DNA from: an uncultured Candidatus Saccharibacteria bacterium
GTDB taxonomy: Bacteria; Patescibacteriota; Minisyncoccia; Phycocordibacterales; UBA2100
DNA length: 64,000 nucleotides
Assembly: GCA_964623775.1 (NCBI GenBank)
Contig: CAZUVH010000003.1
Span: 5,739 to 69,738, forward strand
Direction of reading: 5' to 3'
Shown: in pieces, positions 57,025-64,000 of the stretch
Layout: each line of letters begins with the position of its first letter
How positions within the stretch are numbered: position 1 is the stretch's first letter
The notes under the pieces: model-generated
The model's input: the letters and a program-made list of their open reading frames with translations, nothing else
Databases searched by the model: none
What the model was told of the DNA's origin: nothing
Position numbers and translations under genes: made by a program

Positions 57025-59141
57025 ATGCGGCTCTGTTTGTTGGGGCCGGGCGCTTCCGCCTTGAGTCTTTGCCTCTTTGAGGCTTCTTTCGGGGTGACAT
57101 TCATTATTTTGACGACTTCGGCGATGCTCACTGGTTTGGTGAGGAAGAAGTCAAAGCCCGCATCGCGCGCTTTTCTTTTATGATCATCGTGCCCATAACC
57201 ACTGAGCGCGATCAGAATCGAGGCATGGCCGGCTTCTCGCATCCTTCGTGCCACTTCGTATCCGTCGATATCGGGAAGTCCGATGTCGAGGATGACTCCG
57301 TGCGGTTGTAGTACACGCGCTTTGTCGAGCGCTTCTTGGCCGGTGTAGGCGACCTCCGTCTCGTGGCCGTGCAATTCCAAAAGCTTGCCCATGCCTCGCG
57401 CTGCGTCCACATTGTCATCAACGACCAATATTTTTGAAGATTCAGCCGTAGGTTTGGGCGCTGGCTCCGGCGCGATTTTTACCGGCGGAGTCCCGATTTT
57501 TGCGGGCAATCGCACGATAAATTCACTCCCTCTTCCAAGGCCGTCGCTTTGTACCTCGATCGAGCCCCCGTGCATCTCGACGAGATTTTTAGCGAGCGTG
57601 AGGCCAAGACCCACTCCTCCCATGAGGGATTGTTTCGGGTTGATCTGCATGAAGGGCTCGAAGATCTTTTCCTGCTCCTCTTCGGTGAGTCCGACGCCCG
57701 TGTCGCGGACGCGTATGACGAGGTGTTCGCCTTCATAGGTGGCTTTGCAATCGATCAGGCCGCCCGACGGGGTATATTTTGCGGCATTGTAGAGGAGGTT
57801 TGTGACGACCTGTTCTATGCGCACAGGGTCGGCCTCGATGAGTACGGTTTTGTCGGGGTAGGTGACCGTAAATTGATGCCCGTTCTTTCGCATGTACGCC
57901 TCCACCGATTCGACCGCGGAGCGCAAGACCGTGCGCGCGCGCAGGATCTCTTTTTTGAGTTTGAGTTTTCTTTGGGTGATGCGCGAGATGTCGAAGATGT
58001 CGTCCAGGAGTCGTGCCATCGATCGGATGCGGTCTTCCATGCTCTCAAGAAGTCTCTCGCGCTGAGCCTCATCTTTTTTTGCGACCTTCATGAGTTCGAC
58101 AGAGCTCAGTATCGCGGCGAGCGGATTGCGGATCTCGTGTCCCAACGTGGCGATGAATTCATTCTTTGCCTCCTCATTCATTTCTTTTTCGGTCAGCGAG
58201 GACTTGAGGTTCTCGGTATACTTGGCCAATTCTCTGACCGCCGCTCTACGACGCTCCTCAATCGCGCAGAGTGTGTAATAAAAGAGAGCCATAAAGATAA
58301 ATAAAATCTGTGTGCTGTATATCCGATCGGGAATCGGACGCATATTGGCGGCTGTCGGTTCGTGTACGCCTAGAAAAAGTCCACTGAACGTGATTACACA
58401 TGTCATGAGCATCGCGAGGGTGACGAAGCGTGACCCTGCGCGCAAAGCGATCCACAAGAGGAGTAAGAAGTATGGAATTGCGATCGAGACTCCGTATATG
58501 ACACTGTTGGGAGTATAGGAAGCAATGTAGTTCGTGATTGCAAAGAGGGAGAGAATTGATACGATCTCGATCCAATCTCCGATAGTCCTTTTCCTGAGAG
58601 GGACTGTCCATCTGAGGATAAACGGCGTGAGGATGACACAACTGAGAAGGACCCCCGCCCAGATGTGCATCCAAGAAAAGGTCGCCGTGGAGCCAATGTA
58701 GGTGTTAAATGCCATTCTCGTTACCACACTCGTTGTTGGCGCGATGGTAGAGATGAGACTTGTGACGCCCAGAAATACCATAAAATCCCGCGTGTTTTCG
58801 AGCGAACGCTTGAAATTGAGTTTATTGAGGAAAAAGAGCGCGAGCGCAGGCTGGGCGACCGCTGCCAGTATGTTTGGTATGACGATCAGAAGAGGGGACC
58901 CGTTTATAAATCCGGAGACCATCGACGCGAGCGCGACCGGAAGTGCTGCACTGTACCCAAGCATAATAAATGCGGCGAGCGCTATGCCGTGGGCCGTAAA
59001 GAGTACCGCGGGAGCCGTACCCACGTGTCTATAGAGATACGTTGAAAAGAGGATCGCCCCCAGCTGTGCGGCAAACGTCAAAAGGAGCCACAACCAGTTG
59101 CGCCTGACTTCCTCCGTAAATTTTGACAAAAAATTGTTCAT
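57021..59141 (-). CDS. hybrid sensor histidine kinase / response regulator with a multi-TM (MASE1-like) N-terminal sensor
   Basis: About 8 TM helices; …LGHEIRNPLAAI… H-box; …GGVGLGLTLAK… ATPase; C-terminal receiver …ILVVDDNVDAA…ILDIGLPDIDGYEV…. Confidence 0.8.
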   Translation of the reverse strand: MNNFLSKFTEEVRRNWLWLLLTFAAQLGAILFSTYLYRHVGTAPAVLFTAHGIALAAFIMLGYSAALPVALASMVSGFINGSPLLIVIPNILAAVAQPALALFFLNKLNFKRSLENTRDFMVFLGVTSLISTIAPTTSVVTRMAFNTYIGSTATFSWMHIWAGVLLSCVILTPFILRWTVPLRKRTIGDWIEIVSILSLFAITNYIASYTPNSVIYGVSIAIPYFLLLLWIALRAGSRFVTLAMLMTCVITFSGLFLGVHEPTAANMRPIPDRIYSTQILFIFMALFYYTLCAIEERRRAAVRELAKYTENLKSSLTEKEMNEEAKNEFIATLGHEIRNPLAAILSSVELMKVAKKDEAQRERLLESMEDRIRSMARLLDDIFDISRITQRKLKLKKEILRARTVLRSAVESVEAYMRKNGHQFTVTYPDKTVLIEADPVRIEQVVTNLLYNAAKYTPSGGLIDCKATYEGEHLVIRVRDTGVGLTEEEQEKIFEPFMQINPKQSLMGGVGLGLTLAKNLVEMHGGSIEVQSDGLGRGSEFIVRLPAKIGTPPVKIAPEPAPKPTAESSKILVVDDNVDAARGMGKLLELHGHETEVAYTGQEALDKARVLQPHGVILDIGLPDIDGYEVARRMREAGHASILIALSGYGHDDHKRKARDAGFDFFLTKPVSIAEVVKIMNVTPKEASKRQRLKAEAPGPNKQSRI

Positions 59142-59218
59142 ATCGTGTCGACTGCGGGATGCTACATCTTACTTGGGGAAAACTCAAGGTGTCGCTTCCG
59201 CAAAATTTCATATTGGAT

Positions 59219-61264
59219 TCAAGTGTTGATCTTATCCAGTACGTTTGTAAGGTCTCGGATGCCAACGGGCTTGGTGAGGTGGTAGGCAAAGCCACTGTCT
59301 CTAGCCCGCAGTTTGTCGGTACTTTGCCCATATCCGGTGACGGCGACGAGTGCGGGCCCGCCGCTCAAAAGCCGTACCTTTTGCGCCACCTCATAACCAC
59401 TCATGCCCGGGAGCCCGATATCCAATACGGCGACTGAGGGGCGGAATTTTTCTATTGCCTGGAGCGCTTCCGTGCCATCGTACGCGAGTGCGGTCTCGTA
59501 GCCAAAATGCCGTAGAAGCTTCGCGAGTCCATCTGCGGCCGGCTTATTGTCGTCGACGACGAGCACTCGATGTTTTTGTTTTGACGGCGCAATCTCTTTC
59601 AATTTTTCCACCGGAGCCGCTTTTTCTACGGTCGTCGGGAGCGTGATGATAAATTCGCTCCCGAGATTCTTGCCGCCACTGTGCATGGAGATCGTGCCGC
59701 CGTGCAGCTCCACAAGGCGTTTCGTGAGTGAGAGGCCAAGGCCAAGGCCCGGTGTCTCGCGCTGATGATCTGAGGCGCGACGGAACGGTTCGAATATATA
59801 TTGACTCGCCTCCTCATCGATGCCGATGCCGTTGTCGCGGATGATGATGGAGACGGCGCCTTCTTGCGGAACGACCGAAATATAAATCTTACCGTTTGGC
59901 GGGGTGAATTTTGCAGCGTTGTTGAGAACGTTTGCGATTATCTGTTCGAGGCGTACCGGATCTGCGTTCAAATGCACAGGTGACTCCGGCAGTGACACAC
60001 TGATCGTGTGATTGCGCGCGCGTATCGCTGGAGCGCTCATATTCACAGCGTGCGTGATGACTGATCCGAGCTCGATCACCGAGCGCTCGAGACGATATTT
60101 TTTGTTGTTGATACGGGAGATATCGAGGAGATCGTCGAGAAGGCGCGAAACACTCTTGATGTGGTGGCGAATACTCTCGACCGATTTGAGCACTTCTGCG
60201 TTTGCCCCCACCGTCTCGAGCTGCATGAATTCGAGCGTGCTCAAGACTGGCGCAAGCGGATTGCGCAACTCGTGCGCAAGGATTGCGATGAATTCGCTTT
60301 TTGCACGGTCCTCGCCGGAAATGCGCTTGAGCGCAGCCTCGAGTTTCGTGAGATTCGAAGCCATCGCTCTTTGGTCCGCTTTTCGTTCGCGCGCGATTGT
60401 CGCGAGGATTAGAAATCCCGCTGCTGATACACCGATAAACAACTGCGTCCACAAGAGTGCGGTGTCTTGCCCGTAGCTGTAAAAGACGCCCCTGCCGAAA
60501 AGTGCACCTGTCTCAGCGAGAATTGCGAGCAAGAATATACAGAGCGTCGTCGAGCGTAGGCCAGTGCGGATCGCCGTCCAGGCAAGCGGAATAAAGATGG
60601 GATAAAGAAATGGCGGGAGTGTGACTGACGATGCCATCCAGAATATAAAAAACGCGGTTGCGGTCGTTACTGTGATAGCAGCGACCCGCTCAATTTCCTC
60701 TGCGACTGTCTTTTTATAAAACTGAGGTGCAATCCACGAGAGTACGAACGGTACGAGGATGAGGGCGCCGAGCATGTCGCCAATCCACCACGGAATCCAC
60801 GTGAGCAAGAATTGGGATGATGGAATCGATCCTCCGAGGACGAGAGTACTGACGCCGAGCGTCGCGCTGACGATCGGGGCGGTGACCGCGACGAGTATGA
60901 AGCCCATCGTGTCGCGTAGGCGCGGGAAGACACGGTCGACCCCAAGTCTGTTCAAAAAATAGAGTGCGAGCGTTGCCTCCAGTGTATTTCCGATAGCAAT
61001 GCCGAGCGCTTCCGGAATGCTCGCGCCGATTGAGAAGTTTGCAAAAAAAGCGCCGAGCATCACGCCTGGCCATAGATTTCTCCCAAAGAGGAGTAGGACT
61101 ACAATCGCGATGCCTGATGGAGGCCAGATAAGAGCGGCAAACTCATTGACTGCCTGAAGGGAAAGGCCAAGACGTGCGGCAATAAAATACGCGAGAGCGA
61201 GTATGGCTATATATGCGATCCGCCGTGAAGAGGCATCGAGCACCATGTGCCATATTAGACACAA
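59219..61264 (-). CDS. hybrid sensor histidine kinase / response regulator with a multi-TM (MASE1-like) sensor (tandem paralog)
   Basis: Same architecture: …LAHELRNPLAPV…, …PGLGLGLSLTK…, C-terminal receiver …VLVVDDNKPAAD…LDIGLPGMSGYEV…. Confidence 0.8.
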   Translation of the reverse strand: MCLIWHMVLDASSRRIAYIAILALAYFIAARLGLSLQAVNEFAALIWPPSGIAIVVLLLFGRNLWPGVMLGAFFANFSIGASIPEALGIAIGNTLEATLALYFLNRLGVDRVFPRLRDTMGFILVAVTAPIVSATLGVSTLVLGGSIPSSQFLLTWIPWWIGDMLGALILVPFVLSWIAPQFYKKTVAEEIERVAAITVTTATAFFIFWMASSVTLPPFLYPIFIPLAWTAIRTGLRSTTLCIFLLAILAETGALFGRGVFYSYGQDTALLWTQLFIGVSAAGFLILATIARERKADQRAMASNLTKLEAALKRISGEDRAKSEFIAILAHELRNPLAPVLSTLEFMQLETVGANAEVLKSVESIRHHIKSVSRLLDDLLDISRINNKKYRLERSVIELGSVITHAVNMSAPAIRARNHTISVSLPESPVHLNADPVRLEQIIANVLNNAAKFTPPNGKIYISVVPQEGAVSIIIRDNGIGIDEEASQYIFEPFRRASDHQRETPGLGLGLSLTKRLVELHGGTISMHSGGKNLGSEFIITLPTTVEKAAPVEKLKEIAPSKQKHRVLVVDDNKPAADGLAKLLRHFGYETALAYDGTEALQAIEKFRPSVAVLDIGLPGMSGYEVAQKVRLLSGGPALVAVTGYGQSTDKLRARDSGFAYHLTKPVGIRDLTNVLDKINT

Positions 61265-61342
61265 ATGATCATGATTTAATCATGAAGACGGTCTTCATCT
61301 TCCGATATGTCATTTAAATGGCTTTACATAAGGATAATCGAG

Positions 61343-61371
61343 AGGCCGTCAGCCCGGGGGCTGACGGCCTC
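61343..61371 (-). terminator. GC hairpin gaggccgtcagcc-cgggg-gctgacggcctc downstream of the 61396..62598 gene
   Basis: Perfect 12-bp stem; weak T-tract, so it may act as a stabiliser or attenuator rather than a pure intrinsic terminator. Confidence 0.4.
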
Positions 61372-61395
61372 ATCTCGTGCTGAGCTTCTGAGAAT

Positions 61396-62598
61396 CTAGT
61401 ACTGCTGCATGCCACGCAGCTGCATGAATCTCATCCAACCTGTATTTTGTTGCGGTGTTAATTCTGCGTAGGCACCACGGCGATCTGAATAGCTTACGCC
61501 ACCGTATTGTTGGGCAGGGTTTTGATTGCGTAGGTTGTGCCACCAGCTTCTGTACCAATCATTCTGTCCGTAGTTTTGCTGTGGCTGTTGATACTGCGGC
61601 TGTGGCTGCGGCGGTGTGTACGATTGCGGCTGTTGAGTTGGTTGCTGCGGCGCCTGTTGCTGAGGTGCCTGTTGCTGCGCTTGATACCATTGCGGCTGAG
61701 TTTGCGTCACGTTGACGTTGGTCGTACACCACGATGAGCCTTGCGGCCCCCACACACTGAGCCGGTAGACGGTTGATTGTGTCGGAGACACACTACGAGA
61801 ACCTTGTACCGGTACTGGACCGATGCCGTGGTCGAGCGATGCAGATGTGGAATTCACCGAGTTCCACGAGAGCGTCGCCACTTGTCCGGGATAGATCGTG
61901 TTGTCGTCGGCCATCAGATTACAATCTGGTGCCGGTGATGGCTCCACTTGTACTGTCGTTTGGCACGTGGCCGTCCCGCCAGGCCCAGATACAGTCATCG
62001 TGTATGTGGTCGTGACCGAAGGGAAGACGGAGTAGGTTCCGTTCACCGTTACTGGTCCAATCCCTTGATCGATTGATGCTGAGGTGGCGTTTTGCCAGGT
62101 CCACGAGAGTATCGGGTCTTGGTTGACGTAGATAAGTGATGGTTCAGCTTTGATGGTACAACTCGGTCGTGGTGCCGGTGGAGGTGGTGTAACGCACCTA
62201 CCACCGCCATATCTATCTGATCCCGGGGGACACAAGGGGGTAGGTGGGGGCGGGGGATTGAAGAAAACAAATCCTCCACCTGCATCGCCGACGCCCGATC
62301 CGGAGCTGTCGCCGCCGCAGCACCCTGCACCCGCATCTCCCGGGGCTCCGCTGCTATCTCCGCCGCAACAGCCTGCATCACCAACGCCTCCGCCACCACC
62401 GTCACCTGCGGCTCCGCCGGAGTCGCCACCTCCGCCGCCGTCATCGGCGTGCGCTATTGAGAAGTTGATACGCGAGAAATGATCACCTTGAGCTTGATTG
62501 GTAAAGTACACTGGAAGAAAAAGCACGACCGCGGTCGAAATACTTATAGCGAGAAGTAATCCGATCCAAGAGCGTACTCGAAAATGGGGTAAATTCAT
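61396..62598 (-). CDS. secreted low-complexity protein: Gly/Cys-rich (GDAGCCGGDSSG x2) and Pro-rich segments, two Ig-like repeats, Gln/Pro-rich C-terminus
   Basis: Signal/anchor …LLLAISISTAVVLFLPVYF…; …GDAGCCGGDSSGAPGDAGAGCCGGDSSGSG…; PPPPPTP / PPPPAPRP; repeats …SWTWQNATSASIDQGIGPV… / …SWNSVNSTSASLDHGIGPV…; C-terminal QQAPQQQAPQQPTQQPQ…. Confidence 0.5.
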   Translation of the reverse strand: MNLPHFRVRSWIGLLLAISISTAVVLFLPVYFTNQAQGDHFSRINFSIAHADDGGGGGDSGGAAGDGGGGGVGDAGCCGGDSSGAPGDAGAGCCGGDSSGSGVGDAGGGFVFFNPPPPPTPLCPPGSDRYGGGRCVTPPPPAPRPSCTIKAEPSLIYVNQDPILSWTWQNATSASIDQGIGPVTVNGTYSVFPSVTTTYTMTVSGPGGTATCQTTVQVEPSPAPDCNLMADDNTIYPGQVATLSWNSVNSTSASLDHGIGPVPVQGSRSVSPTQSTVYRLSVWGPQGSSWCTTNVNVTQTQPQWYQAQQQAPQQQAPQQPTQQPQSYTPPQPQPQYQQPQQNYGQNDWYRSWWHNLRNQNPAQQYGGVSYSDRRGAYAELTPQQNTGWMRFMQLRGMQQY

Positions 62599-62794
62599 AT
62601 TAATGAATGGGTGTTACTGATAACAATCTGCCCGCACAGTATTTACTAACGGCAGTGTGGCTACAGTGAATCACCAAAACATAATGAACTTGTTCGAGTC
62701 GGACTTCACATAAAATTCCTACCGTCCCGCTACTATTGTCCCGTTCGTGGCCTATGGCACGACGCAACGAAAACAGACAAAAGGAGGGTCTGAT

Positions 62795-63079
62795 GTGATA
62801 CGAGTTCTTTTTGCAGCTCTGGCGCTTCTTGTGGCCTCGGTGCAATTTGCCGAAGCTGGCTGCAAGCGTGTCTGCATATCCGAAAGCCGTTGGAATTACA
62901 TCGTGTCGACGACGAGAGGAGGTATTCCGTATTGGTATGCGGGGATACGATGGAGCGACGGATGTGGTGTGCGCAAGTGCCTGAGTTCGCCGCATTTTCA
63001 TGGCAGATGCGGCACCGTGTGCGGCCCCGCGGGATCAATCGCATGTTATGACCCCGAGGGGATCAGAGTTCCGCTCTAA
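62795..63079 (+). CDS. small secreted cysteine-rich protein (8 Cys in a ~73-aa mature part)
   Basis: GTG start 7 nt after AAGGAGG; signal peptide MIRVLFAALALLVASVQFAEA|GC; mature GCKRVCISESRWNYIVSTTRGGIPYWYAGIRWSDGCGVRKCLSSPHFHGRCGTVCGPAGSIACYDPEG…. Confidence 0.45.
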   Translation: MIRVLFAALALLVASVQFAEAGCKRVCISESRWNYIVSTTRGGIPYWYAGIRWSDGCGVRKCLSSPHFHGRCGTVCGPAGSIACYDPEGIRVPL

Positions 63080-63159
63080 GTGCGAGAGTACGAACATGAC
63101 ATGGGCCTAAGAAAAGCCCCCACACCAAGTATTTGGCGTGGGGGCATATTTTTTGTCGG

Positions 63160-63456
63160 TCAATTGAGATGGAGCATCCCGTTGACCAACCGAATCTCAG
63201 CGGGCCTGATGAGTCGCGAGTGCGCAACACGGACTGAATGCAGCGGACCATCGAGTTTGAGCTCCCAGAAATGCAAGAACTCGCTCAGCCGAGGAAATTT
63301 CGGATACATATCGTATTCCTGCCAGACGTACGTCTGGAGAATCGATTGGTGATCGGGCATGCGGTACAAAATTTCAGCGGTCGTCAGGCCGTATCCCGCG
63401 ACCTGTTTCAAGAAGTCGTCGGACACTCTGGACATACAGACCTCCCTCAAATCCAC
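63160..63456 (-). CDS. small cytoplasmic protein, possibly Usg-like family
   Basis: 98 aa; …GYGLTTAEILYRMPDHQSILQTYVWQEYDMYPKFPRLSEFLHFWELKLDGPLHSV… resembles my recollection of Usg-like proteins; unverified. Confidence 0.3.
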   Translation of the reverse strand: MDLREVCMSRVSDDFLKQVAGYGLTTAEILYRMPDHQSILQTYVWQEYDMYPKFPRLSEFLHFWELKLDGPLHSVRVAHSRLIRPAEIRLVNGMLHLN

Positions 63457-63558
63457 TCTCTTTACACTAGCGCTACCGGCCGTTCGGTCAAGGTGTTTTC
63501 AACGGTATCATCGGCGAGACGATTGACGGGTGGTGCGGCCCGAAGTACGGTTATTCAA

Positions 63559-64000
63559 ATGGATAAAATTCCTCAATGCGTTGGCATTATTCTCGATGGC
63601 AACCGAAGGTGGGCGAAAGAGCAGGGGATGCCCACCTTTGAAGGGCATCGCCGAGGCATGGACAATGTGGAGACTATCACCCTCGCGGCGCGAGATCTTG
63701 GCATTAAACATCTCGTCGTGTATGCGTTCTCGACCGAGAATTGGAAACGGACGACCGAAGAGGTGTCCTATCTTATGGGGATTTTCGAGGAGATGGCCAA
63801 GAGATCGATGGCGCGGCTTGCCGAAGAGGGCGTAGCGGTGCGCTTCATCGGACAGCGTGAGCGATTCTCCGAAAGTTTGCGCGCCGCCATGGACGAAGCA
63901 GAAGAGCGTAGTCCGAAAGATCCTGCGATCACGCTTTGGGTCTGTCTTTCATACGGCGGCCGTGCCGAGATCGTAAGCGCCGCGCGATCCCTTGTCGAAA
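63559..64000 (+). CDS. uppS: isoprenyl transferase / undecaprenyl-diphosphate synthase (3'-truncated by the window end)
   Basis: MDKIPQCVGIILDGNRRWAKEQG…HRRG…LVVYAFSTENWKRTTEEV… canonical cis-prenyltransferase motifs. This frame is not in the supplied ORF track because it runs off the window. Confidence 0.85.
   Translation, partial: MDKIPQCVGIILDGNRRWAKEQGMPTFEGHRRGMDNVETITLAARDLGIKHLVVYAFSTENWKRTTEEVSYLMGIFEEMAKRSMARLAEEGVAVRFIGQRERFSESLRAAMDEAEERSPKDPAITLWVCLSYGGRAEIVSAARSLVE

Noticed and set aside
57549-58304. 251-aa plus-strand ORF (and a similar one at 60012..60476)
   Set aside because: Antisense to the hybrid histidine-kinase genes, whose H-box, ATPase and receiver motifs are clear.
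63530-63835. 101-aa plus-strand ORF from the track
   Set aside because: Wrong frame. The overlapping frame starting at 63559 encodes canonical UppS motifs (DGNRRWA, YAFSTENWKR) and runs off the window.
1-64000. Searched by eye for CRISPR arrays, IS/transposase/integrase genes, rRNA and tRNA genes
   Set aside because: No regularly spaced direct repeats, no DDE/tyrosine-recombinase-like ORFs, no rRNA-like conserved stretches and no tRNA-like structures were found. The only repeats are the coding repeats of surface proteins and the AT-rich island at 44390..44476.

Overview
A 64-kb piece of a moderately GC-rich bacterial chromosome, densely packed with roughly 65 protein-coding genes. Many genes, including convergent pairs that share a single hairpin, are separated by GC-rich hairpins flanked by A and T tracts. 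I found no rRNA, tRNA, CRISPR array or IS/transposase by eye. All calls rest on reading the six-frame translations and the DNA directly; no database search was possible.

Blocks in order:
1. FAD-linked oxidase, MOSC protein, XRE regulator, and a Met-rich membrane-anchored thioredoxin followed by a DipZ-type CcdA-thioredoxin fusion.
2. An island of secreted cell-surface proteins (8.9-20 kb): a ~1,470-aa protein with Cna-B/SdrD-B-like repeats, an FN3-like-repeat protein, an Ig-like-repeat protein, SH3b, CAP and Excalibur proteins. Three of them carry peptidoglycan-binding (PG_binding_1-like) domains.
3. An archaeal-flavoured alpha-glucan and hexose cluster: GT4, GH57, GH15, GNAT, bifunctional PGI/PMI, ROK kinase.
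4. DedA and NUDIX, then the dTMP cluster glyA-tmk-dcd-thyA-folA plus a PurM-like protein.
5. ABC-2 exporter, murQ, phosphohexomutase, and a histidine kinase / response regulator (HK/RR) pair.
6. A has/pga-like exopolysaccharide locus: galU, membrane protein, polysaccharide deacetylase, processive GT2 (QxxRW), UDP-glucose dehydrogenase. It contains an unusual AT-rich repeat island and a long GC-rich leader.
7. Small membrane proteins, a cupredoxin-like protein, and a SWIB domain protein.
8. Two tandem LapG-like BTLCP periplasmic cysteine proteases next to two tandem hybrid histidine kinases with multi-TM (MASE1-like) sensors, then a Gly/Cys/Pro/Gln-rich secreted protein and a small Cys-rich secreted peptide.
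9. The 5' part of uppS at the window end.

A conserved palindromic element (ACACCAATAG...CTATTGGTGT arms) occurs at two unrelated loci. The gene content (many PG-binding secreted proteins, GH57/GH15, archaeal-type PGI/PMI, DUF378, SWIB) suggests an uncultivated, possibly CPR/Patescibacteria-like lineage, but that is inference only.
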